The position numbers and the translations under genes are program-made. The notes under the pieces are model-generated. The model ran no database searches, was not told where the DNA came from, and was given only the letters and a program-made list of their open reading frames with translations. Below, piece after piece: positions 27,219 to 37,100 of a stretch of DNA of 64,000 nt (position 1 is the stretch's first letter; each line of letters starts with the position of its first letter). The stretch lies in the IMG/VR virus record IMGVR_UViG_3300042731_005759, positions 32,001 through 96,000 of that record, one strand, 5' to 3'. Source of the DNA: a virus.

Positions 27219-29006
27219 ATGGATGAAAAGAAGATTCAAGATTTATATAAACAGGTCGCGGATGGTGATATGTCTCAAAGAGACTTCGAGCGTGCTATTG
27301 GGAAAATAAGACAAGAAATGCAAGGTACACCCACAAATAAAAATAGTGGGACTACGACAGGTGGAACAGAGAAATCGGCCGAGGGTATATTTGCAAAACT
27401 TCTTAAAGGTTCTTTAGAACAATCCGCATCACCTGAGTCACAAATTGACTTAGGTACAATCCTTTCAGAATATAAAAATATAAGAAGTCAACAAGGTGAT
27501 GATGGTGATATTATAACCGCACTTGGAAAAACCATAGGTAATGTTGCTGCAAACAGTATAGAGGAGTACGCGAAACAATCAAGTTTCTTATTAGGTGAAT
27601 TAAATGCGTCTGTTGGACTAACAGGACAATTATCCAAAGACTTTAGAGATGCAGTAAGAGAGGGTCAACCTGATTTAGAAAGATTAGGTTTAACTTTTAA
27701 AGATATTAGTGATGCAGCGGGTCAATTAGTTGAGAGTACAGGTAGGTTCACACTTGTAGGTACTGATATGTTAGTAAGGGCTGGTGAGATTGCAAAGGCA
27801 TACGGTATGAACATGTCTGATGTAACTGAGGCGTACTTTGACTTTGAAAAAGTAGGTATTGGTGCAGCTGAGGCACAGGAATCAATTGCAGATGCGGGGG
27901 CAAGATCGTTAGAATTAGGTCTACAATCTCGACAAACAATTGAAGGTATGATCGACAACATATCTAAACTAAATGAATACGGTTTTAAAGATGGTCAAGA
28001 CGGATTGGCGGAAATGGTTAGAACCGCAACAAGATTAAGATTTAGTCTCGAAAGTACGTTCCGTGTTGCAGATCAAGTATTTGAACCTGAAGGTGCGTTA
28101 GACTTAGCAGCGAACTTACAAGTATTAGGTGCTGCGTTTGGGGATTTCAATGATCCACTAAGACTTATGTATATGGCAACAAACGAAGTTGAAGGACTAC
28201 AAGAAGCGTTAGCGGGAGTTTCACAAAACTTAGCGGTTTATAACCAAGAAACAGGAAACTTCGAGGTTACAGGCACTAACCTTAGGATGGCACGAGACAT
28301 CGCAAAACAATTTGGTATTGACATTAAAGAGGTCACAAACTCGGCAATCGCAGCACAAGAGAGAGCACAAGCGGCACTTGCGTTAGACGGATTAAACATA
28401 GATGACGATAACAAAGAATTCTTGACAAACCTCTCAAGAATGAAAGACGGGGAGATGCAAATCGAACTACTGACACCTGAGTTACAAAGGGAGTTTAAGG
28501 GGACAACGATAAAATTGTCTGAATTAAACAATGAACAAGCACTTAAATTAAAAGAATATCAGGATGAGTTTACACAAATGTCCGAATCTGATATTGTTAG
28601 ACAACAAGCAACCACTGTAGAAAACATATCAAGAGATTTAAAATATATGATTGCACTTACAAGATTAGAAGTTGCTAATGTAGGTGATACGGCGTTGCAA
28701 CAATTTGTAGGTATGGACTTCAAAGACCTTGGTACGTACTTAAGTGGAGAAGAAGGTGCACAAGGTGTTACCGATAAGGTCGCAGAAATTATCAAGACAC
28801 AAGGACAAAATTTAAAAGATTTAATTAATTCGGTTAATCCAACAAATGATGGACAAACAAATAACTCGTCAACACAAACTGTAAATGTAACTCATACACA
28901 TACAGCGTCTAATAATACAGTTATGAAAATGGGACAAATGTTTGGAAAAATTAAGGACGCGACTATGACCGATCGAGATTTAAACAGAACCCAAGTAGTT
29001 AGATAG
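27219..29006 (+). CDS. Putative tape measure protein
   Basis: 595 aa, helical and Ala/Gly/Leu/Gln-rich; canonical position after tube and chaperone; about the length of T4 gp29. Confidence 0.65.
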   Translation: MDEKKIQDLYKQVADGDMSQRDFERAIGKIRQEMQGTPTNKNSGTTTGGTEKSAEGIFAKLLKGSLEQSASPESQIDLGTILSEYKNIRSQQGDDGDIITALGKTIGNVAANSIEEYAKQSSFLLGELNASVGLTGQLSKDFRDAVREGQPDLERLGLTFKDISDAAGQLVESTGRFTLVGTDMLVRAGEIAKAYGMNMSDVTEAYFDFEKVGIGAAEAQESIADAGARSLELGLQSRQTIEGMIDNISKLNEYGFKDGQDGLAEMVRTATRLRFSLESTFRVADQVFEPEGALDLAANLQVLGAAFGDFNDPLRLMYMATNEVEGLQEALAGVSQNLAVYNQETGNFEVTGTNLRMARDIAKQFGIDIKEVTNSAIAAQERAQAALALDGLNIDDDNKEFLTNLSRMKDGEMQIELLTPELQREFKGTTIKLSELNNEQALKLKEYQDEFTQMSESDIVRQQATTVENISRDLKYMIALTRLEVANVGDTALQQFVGMDFKDLGTYLSGEEGAQGVTDKVAEIIKTQGQNLKDLINSVNPTNDGQTNNSSTQTVNVTHTHTASNNTVMKMGQMFGKIKDATMTDRDLNRTQVVR

Positions 29007-29070
29007 AATTTAACTCCAATCAAGTATATATTTTCGTTTTAAATCTATTTATCTTAATAAAGATAGTTAT

Positions 29071-32000
29071 ATGCCGAGTTATTTAGATTTTGATTCAACC
29101 GCTCAATTCAGAGATAGTATTTTAGCGAGGACCCTACAACAACCAAATGGTCCTCAAACATTTACTAATTCCTCTTATGCAGTTGAAACACTAAATGATT
29201 TTGCAAATACTGACCCAGGTGAGGTTGATACAAATTTAACTACTCTACTTCAAACACCTTCAACAAGAAACACATTTACGGTTGATGCATATGATGAAGT
29301 CAATCAACTAAGAGACATACCACGTCTAACCAACGACGGTCTTTATCCCTATTTCACAAATTCAGATTATAGTTTAGTTGGTATCATGGCGACTGAGAAC
29401 TATGATAATGAATCACGTTTGATGCAATTTGCGGCACGTAATATCAGGGAAAACTCACAAGGACCTGTACTGGCAAGAATAACTCAAAATTTAGTTGCCG
29501 CGACGTATGGTAGAGTAAGATTAATCGATGCATTAGAAGGAAACCTTGCAACCGCAACTAATATTGTTACAGGTAGAGAAGACTTAATAGAAAAAAATTA
29601 TAAGATTACCGTCGCTAAAACATTGGCGGGTAAGGCGATAGACTTTATACAAACGGTAGCGGGAGTTGAATTCCCTTGGAGTGAAATACCAGGTGATTAT
29701 TTAACTGACCCAAGAAACCCAATTAACAACAGACCCGAACCACAAACAGGTTTAGGTGCAATCATACAAGATGTTACAGGTGTTTTAGGTTCTTTAATTG
29801 GTATACAAAGAAGACCAAAACTAAGTAGAAAACCATCTGACCTGATGATTGAATATATGGGTAGTGGACAGAAAGATGTTCTATTTGATAACCTTAGATA
29901 TTCTACATATGCACCAAACTATACAAAAACCGCAAGATCACAACAATCGTCAAAACTCTTCAACTTCGTAAACCAAGTTGGGGATGCAATAAACGATGTC
30001 TTAGGTACAGGTGCACCAAGAGGACTTGCATATATTGGGGATGATAGAGGAGAAGATGTTAAATATGCTATGGGCGACTTCAATGATAATATTGTCAGAA
30101 GTAGTTACTATCTAAGTTTAATGTTTGATCAAGTACAAACAGAATTATTTAGGAGACAGGTTGGTATCCCTGAAGGAGGACCAATTGGTGGTAACTTAAC
30201 ATGGTATAGTAGTAACTCACAAAATAAATTAGGTGAGAACAATGATGAGTATAATTTAGAAAGATCACAATTAGAACAAAGTTTATCAAACACATATTCA
30301 TTTAGATCTGATTCTATATTAGGTAAAACACAAGAACTTTTAAATACAATGCCTTCTGATGGAGGGGCGGCAAGATCACACGTCGCAAATGCGATTGACC
30401 AAACAAGTAGAATTTTCAGAGAAGGAGACAAAATGATATCAAGAGGTTCCGCAATACAATATGTAGATAAGTTTGGTGGTGAAAGTGGTGTTGAATATTG
30501 TAGAGTGTGGACTAAAGACAATCCATATATGAATATGTCTGATACCATGAAGAGGACAGGTAACGTAAGAAAGTTTGATGATAGTGTAATGACAACACCA
30601 TGGAACTTAAACTACGGACCAATGTCAAACGGACAAGGAAGTTTCGAAGGTTCGTCTAACATTGTAAAAGGTGGTGATGGTTACTACGCAAAAAAATATA
30701 TGTTCTCCATAGAAAATTTGGCGTGGAAAACATCTAATCTACCTGGTTTCACATACAGTGACTTACCTTTCTGTGAAAGAGGTAATAATGGTGGTAGAGT
30801 AATGTGGTTTCCGCCATATGATTTAAAAGTTTCAGAACAAAACAATGCAAGATGGGAAAGTAATAACTTCTTAGGAAGACCTGAACCAATCTACACATAT
30901 CAAAATACAGAGAGATCGGGACAAATACAATTCAAAGTAATTGTTGACCACCCAAGTATTCTAAATCTTATGGTAAGTAAGGTCTTTAAAGATATGTCAG
31001 ATGAAGAAGCGGATAACTACATAAACGCTTTCTTCGCAGGATGTGAGGAAATTGATTTCTATAGTCTTATTAGAACATATACAACACTCACTAATGAAGA
31101 TATTAATAACATTAAAAAATATTTAGAAGCGGGTACAGATCCCGAAGTAATCAAAAAGATTAAGGTAGAACAAGGTGAAGCGGAGGATATAGAACCGATT
31201 GAACAAGAACCAATTGAACAAACAGCCGAAGAATTTAAAGTAACTTTGTTTTTCCCTAACGACATTCCGAAGATGGGGTCTAATCAAGTATCCGCTAAAG
31301 ATGACTACTCGACAGTAAAATCTATGTATGACACAATGTACGGTGGTGGTACAGGAGATTATATGCAAAAACTTGAAAACGGTCTAATATTATTATCAAA
31401 TAGTAATATAACGTCGGCAGTTAAAAACGATAAAAGAGTCATTTTTGGTAATGAAGACCAAGTAATAGACTCAACAAAAATCGATTTAATAAAAAATAAA
31501 ATTACATCCGCGTTTACTAAACTAAATTCAAATTACTCCGCATATGAAGATCAAATAACGAGTATAAAGACAAGAATAGAAAACAAAGAAATAAAAGAAG
31601 TCAAACTAACCGCAATAACAAGTACTTCTTCCATTGCGGGGGATGACTACAACATCAAACTATCTTTAAGAAGATCTCACAGTATACTTAAGGATGTTGT
31701 AAAAAGAATATCTAAAAATAACAAAGAAATTGAATGGACATCAACAGTACCCACTTCAGGATCAGAGGAAATCGATATCAATAGAGAGTACACTTTCAAA
31801 GAGCTAGGTTTTGAAGACGTTGAAGGTAAATTAATTATTGAGTCCACATCAGAAGGTGAAACCACGTCAGTAGACGCATCTGAATTTGGTGGTGGTGATA
31901 CTAACGTAGATTGTCACAACGACGAAATACAATCCAACACAAACCTTAAAAAGACGGCACCTGTCACTTTTTATTGTAGACAAGGAACTATTGACTTTAC

Positions 32001-33777
32001 AGTAAAACCAGTGGACAAAGTACCTGAACCAATCGATCCTGATCAACAACCACCTTTTGTAATCAAAGACGAAGAGGTTACAGTACCAGGTATTCAGAAA
32101 CCACCAATCAATGAAATGAAGAAAATAATAATGAAGACTTTGTCTGAGTGTTATTATTTTAAAATGTTAGAGGAAGACTCACCTGTAACATTCAAAAGTT
32201 TAAAAGAAAAATTAAAATATTTCCATCCTGCGTTTCATTCAATGACACCTGAAGGTTTAAATGCGAGATTAAACTTTTTACTACAGTGTGTTAGACCAGG
32301 GGATACAATACCAATTAAAGGATTACAATCGGAAAATGACCTAAGAGCAAGAAATACAAGTTTTGGTCCACCACCTATTTGTGTGGTAAGGATCGGTGAT
32401 TTCTACCATTCAAAAGTTGTTATACGTGATGTCAATATAAATTATGACGAAAGTACATGGGATTTAAACCCTGAAGGTATTGGTGTACAACCTATGTTGG
32501 CCAATGTGACACTCCAAGTTAATTTTATTGGGGGTCAAGGTTTATCAAAACCCGTGGAAAGACTACAAAACGCTTTATCATCTAACTTCTTTGCAAATAC
32601 AGAGATGTATGACCCACGATCTGTTTCGACATCTAACATTGATGGTAAAACGACTGAAGAGTTTACAAAAGAATTTTTAGAAAGTTTACAAGGTGTAGGA
32701 TCGACTACGGGAGATGCTCCATTACCAACAGATATAGAACCTGCGGATAATCAAATCCAAGGTAAGTTTATTGGGGAACAAAGTGATACTGAAATAAGTT
32801 ACGGTCAATTAGTTAGTACATTATTCACGGATACGGAAAGTTATTATAATAAGTTCGTACAATCATATGATAATGTCTTAGTTGAATATGGACCACAAGT
32901 TCATTCCTTAGTATTTTCACCAAACTATAGAACGGTCAATACCTATACTGTTATGACATCCAATACAGGCACAAGAACAATTAATTTATTTGGGGAGTAC
33001 GATAAAGTAAAAAGTCTTGACAATTATGTGACACAATTAAAAGTTAAGATGGTTTCTGCCATTGAAACTTTAGATGTATCAACAATGTTATCGTTCCACA
33101 AATTTTTATCCCAAGATAAAATTGTAAAGTCTAATGATATCTTGAGACCAAAACTAAGAAAAATGGTTGAAGATAAATTAGATAGTATTTTGAGTAACAA
33201 TTCACTAACTTCTTTATCAGAATCACGAAATAAGGTTATTAAAACTTTAGATAGTCTAAATTACATGACACAATACTATAGTGACGGTAAATTAAATAGT
33301 GGTAACGGTACACAAGCGGACTTATCAGGATTCACATATTCATCATTATACGATGAGTATGATCATTGTATAGACTATTTCGACAAAAATAGTGATAGGT
33401 TTATTTCAAAACTAGATAACACAATAAACTTCAATTCATTGAATGTGGATATCACTGTATTAAGTGAATTATTATCTGTATTATTATATAAAGATGATAA
33501 ATACAAAGAGATAATTGACATCTATAAGGAAGACAGTATATTGTATCCACAGAATATTTTGAATAAGATTGAAAGAAAAGTTGATAGATTCTTTGACAAA
33601 ACCAAAGAAGAAAAAGTTAGAACATCAAGATTTAAAGGAAGAAAGAATGAGGACTCTTTAACCTTTACAATACAGTCTGAACAAGACATAACGAACCCAA
33701 CACAGATGGCGGACTTAGAAAGAGTCCACTCTAAGAAAATTGGTCTCGGATCAACCTTAAATTATTATAGACCGTAA
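29071..33777 (+). CDS. Large baseplate/tube-initiator-like protein with an internal OmpA-like domain
   Basis: FPPYDL...W...FLGRPEPIYTY.NTER and PPICVVRIGDFY...W..NPEG segments are tube-initiator-like; YNIKLSLRRS.SI is OmpA-like. Confidence 0.6.
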   Translation: MPSYLDFDSTAQFRDSILARTLQQPNGPQTFTNSSYAVETLNDFANTDPGEVDTNLTTLLQTPSTRNTFTVDAYDEVNQLRDIPRLTNDGLYPYFTNSDYSLVGIMATENYDNESRLMQFAARNIRENSQGPVLARITQNLVAATYGRVRLIDALEGNLATATNIVTGREDLIEKNYKITVAKTLAGKAIDFIQTVAGVEFPWSEIPGDYLTDPRNPINNRPEPQTGLGAIIQDVTGVLGSLIGIQRRPKLSRKPSDLMIEYMGSGQKDVLFDNLRYSTYAPNYTKTARSQQSSKLFNFVNQVGDAINDVLGTGAPRGLAYIGDDRGEDVKYAMGDFNDNIVRSSYYLSLMFDQVQTELFRRQVGIPEGGPIGGNLTWYSSNSQNKLGENNDEYNLERSQLEQSLSNTYSFRSDSILGKTQELLNTMPSDGGAARSHVANAIDQTSRIFREGDKMISRGSAIQYVDKFGGESGVEYCRVWTKDNPYMNMSDTMKRTGNVRKFDDSVMTTPWNLNYGPMSNGQGSFEGSSNIVKGGDGYYAKKYMFSIENLAWKTSNLPGFTYSDLPFCERGNNGGRVMWFPPYDLKVSEQNNARWESNNFLGRPEPIYTYQNTERSGQIQFKVIVDHPSILNLMVSKVFKDMSDEEADNYINAFFAGCEEIDFYSLIRTYTTLTNEDINNIKKYLEAGTDPEVIKKIKVEQGEAEDIEPIEQEPIEQTAEEFKVTLFFPNDIPKMGSNQVSAKDDYSTVKSMYDTMYGGGTGDYMQKLENGLILLSNSNITSAVKNDKRVIFGNEDQVIDSTKIDLIKNKITSAFTKLNSNYSAYEDQITSIKTRIENKEIKEVKLTAITSTSSIAGDDYNIKLSLRRSHSILKDVVKRISKNNKEIEWTSTVPTSGSEEIDINREYTFKELGFEDVEGKLIIESTSEGETTSVDASEFGGGDTNVDCHNDEIQSNTNLKKTAPVTFYCRQGTIDFTVKPVDKVPEPIDPDQQPPFVIKDEEVTVPGIQKPPINEMKKIIMKTLSECYYFKMLEEDSPVTFKSLKEKLKYFHPAFHSMTPEGLNARLNFLLQCVRPGDTIPIKGLQSENDLRARNTSFGPPPICVVRIGDFYHSKVVIRDVNINYDESTWDLNPEGIGVQPMLANVTLQVNFIGGQGLSKPVERLQNALSSNFFANTEMYDPRSVSTSNIDGKTTEEFTKEFLESLQGVGSTTGDAPLPTDIEPADNQIQGKFIGEQSDTEISYGQLVSTLFTDTESYYNKFVQSYDNVLVEYGPQVHSLVFSPNYRTVNTYTVMTSNTGTRTINLFGEYDKVKSLDNYVTQLKVKMVSAIETLDVSTMLSFHKFLSQDKIVKSNDILRPKLRKMVEDKLDSILSNNSLTSLSESRNKVIKTLDSLNYMTQYYSDGKLNSGNGTQADLSGFTYSSLYDEYDHCIDYFDKNSDRFISKLDNTINFNSLNVDITVLSELLSVLLYKDDKYKEIIDIYKEDSILYPQNILNKIERKVDRFFDKTKEEKVRTSRFKGRKNEDSLTFTIQSEQDITNPTQMADLERVHSKKIGLGSTLNYYRP

Positions 33778-34100
33778 TGAGAGAGTATTTTAACAGATAT
33801 GAGTTCTTTGAAGACAATGGTGAATTTAAGATTGTACCTGGTATCGAGATTCCAATAAGGTCGACCGACAAGTATATACAATACAAAAAGGGTAAAGATA
33901 GGTTGGATAAGTTATCCCAAGAATACTACAACACACCTGTTTTTGGTTGGTTGATTTTACAAGCAAACCCAACCGCGGGTAGTATTGAATTTGAGATTCC
34001 AAACAATTTTACACTTAGAATACCCTTTCCTTTAGTCAATACTCTTCAAGAATATAAAAGGGCGGTAGAATTGTACAACTTGTATTATGGCGAACAATGA
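33777..34100 (+). CDS. LysM-like baseplate protein (gp53 / P2 gpX-like)
   Basis: DRLDKLSQEYY..P..GWLIL.ANP...LRIP. Confidence 0.75.
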   Translation: MREYFNRYEFFEDNGEFKIVPGIEIPIRSTDKYIQYKKGKDRLDKLSQEYYNTPVFGWLILQANPTAGSIEFEIPNNFTLRIPFPLVNTLQEYKRAVELYNLYYGEQ

Positions 34101-37100
34101 TTTATCAAAAAACGAAAACATACTCGTAAAGGTCGATCAGAATAACCTAATCTATATCGATCCAAACAGTATACTTGAAGATGGTGTCGTACAACCAAGA
34201 GCCACTAATGCAGAAAACTTGGTTTCATACGTAAATCTTGAGGCGGATCTAATACCAAGAACTATTTTAAATTCTTCGGGAAACAAAAGTAGTCTAACAA
34301 GTATTGCGAAGGGTACAATAAACTTGTTACAGAATAAAAAGGGAGAATACCTTGATACAGGTTGGACAGAATTGTTTAATCCTTCAAGGATGGACCCAAA
34401 TACTGAAGACATCAATGTAAAAGAACAAGTAACTGATAGTTCAGGACAATCCTTTGGTATGAGTTCGGTATCAATAGAAGTGAAAGGTACCAACTTTATC
34501 CCACGAGTTTCAATAGAATTTATCGACGTGAGGGGTAAAGGGTTATTCGAACACAATAAAAATTCCCCATACCAAGCATTTTTCCATTTACCATGGCCAA
34601 TATTTTATTTAACAGTAAAGGGATACTATGGAAAGGCGATAAGGTACCGATTACACCTTACAGATTTTAATGCAAGATACGATGACCAAAATGGTAACTT
34701 TGTTATCAGTACAACATTCGTCGGTTCAACATACGCATATCTGAATGATATACCTTTAACAGGTATTTTGAACGCACCATACATGTATGGTATAGAAAAG
34801 ACAGAACAAAATGGTTTAAATGAAAAGACAGGGGAGTATCAAATAAAACTCGCTAAAACATCAAAAGGATATCTAACACTTAAATCAATCTACCAAGAAC
34901 TAAGGAGAAAAAACTTAATTGATTTCCCACCTGACGTTAATCCGACTCTACGAGAATTAATTGTTATTGCTAAAAGATTAGATCAACTACTTGAGAATGA
35001 GATTTTCGCTGAGGTTGTAGATATGAGAGTTTTTGCGGCAATTAAAGAATTCGAGGACAATATAAATAACCTTTATAATTCTGTTAAATCGTGGAAAGGA
35101 AGGTACTTAGCGGGGGATTATTTTGAAATTACAGGAAACACTAACAATGTAGAGGAAACAACAAGATATTATTATCTCATAAAAACAGAAGATAACAAGT
35201 TAGAAAACACGAAAGGAACGAAGAGTGGGACCTTAGAACAAATTATTAAGGTTGGTATTGAAAAAATAAATAAGGGACAAAGTTTTACAAGAGAAATGTT
35301 AAGGAAGGACGTAACCTTTAAAAGGAGTACTCTTACAATTAACACAAACAACCCTATACAAGACCTTGATAGTTATATTGATCAATTCGGTGGTAAGTAC
35401 GGTATATCGATTAATAAACTATTGACCGACATACTAAACATTAATAAATCATTCTTAGAAGAAAAGAAAAAGTTTCAAGATAAGGTTGAAGAAGAAATGA
35501 ATAAGATTATTTCTGATCCTTCAAGAGGTATTGGATTTAAACCTACTATACGAAACATTTTTGCGGTAATACTTGCAAATGCGGATGTCTATATTAGGTT
35601 GATGAGAGATGTACACTACCAAGCATACAATCAAAGAGAAGAAAGGAAGAAACGTTTAAGAGGTTTTAATTCAAGTGAAACACCACAAGAGGACGCAATA
35701 TATCCGTGGCCAGAAGTTAAAAAGGAAACCGATGGAAACTCTAAAGTTTTAGCGTACCCTGGTGAAGAAGAACTTATAGGTAAACTTGGAAGTGATGATT
35801 ATTCTTTATGGCCCGAAGTAGGTTTTGTTGAGGAATATATTAGAACCTCCATGAAGATAAATGACACGTTGGCAGAAAAAGAAAAAACCTTTGATAATGT
35901 AACGTTTACCTTCGCAGACACAAATGCGGATGAAAAGATCACAAATAAGATATCGACCGCAGGTACAATATTCAAAACACCTCCGTATATTGATAAGAAC
36001 CTCCCATCAATACTTTATGAAGTTTATGAAAGAAGTCAATTTTTCACATTATATGATACATTTAGTACTGATGTACTGACGGAACTTGCGATACTTGAAT
36101 TCAATAATTTACAGAATTCAATAGAAGAAGATTTCTTTATTGTTGACATACTCAAAGACAGAGTAAATAGTAACTCTAAATTATTAGAGTACTTAGAATC
36201 TTTTTCACCTTTCGAGAGATACCCTTATTACAAAGACAGATTACCTACCACACCATATATTAAAGATATTGATGCGGTACCTTTTAAAATTGAAAGTAAC
36301 GTAGGAGATACAGAAAGAGTACAAACTAGTGGTCTTTATCCAAAATTAGTGGGTGAACTTAAAACATATAGAAGTGAAGATTATAGAACTAAGATATACC
36401 CATTTAATTCAGATACCTACTTAGGATATATAAACAAGACCGAGTTAACCAAAAATGATTTATCGTTAGATGATTATTTAAGTATAGATACGACAAACGG
36501 TTTTATTGTAACACCTATGGATTCTACAAATTGGGTGAACAGTGGATATACGACTAACCTATTTTCAAGGAAATTTGATATAGATGGTACGAATAAAATC
36601 AATATACTAAACACACCTTATTTCCATAAATTATTAAATGAGGAATTTCAAAATGATAGAAGTAAAGGTAAGTACAAAGGGTCGGCATATCTTTTATTAA
36701 ATTCATTACCATTCCATGACTTACACGACACTTTAAATGAAGGTGGTGTTAGAATGTCAAATCTATTTAGAGAAGTTAGTGCGACACATTATGTACCATA
36801 CCATTTAATACTGAAGTGGGGATCCATGTACCATAGGTATAAAACTTTCATTTCAGACGGTACCGATATTATAAATGGAATGGAAACCTCAATAAACGGT
36901 TCGACATATTTTGATAATGGACAAGGACAAACTTTTTCAGGTATAACACATAGTTCACAAACACATGTTGGGGTTCATCCATTATACGAACAATACTTCC
37001 ATCAGATAGTAAATGACTATACCCATTTTGATGGAACACCAACGAGTTATGAATCCGCAATTACAAACTTAGTTTTATATAGGGATGACATAACATCAGG

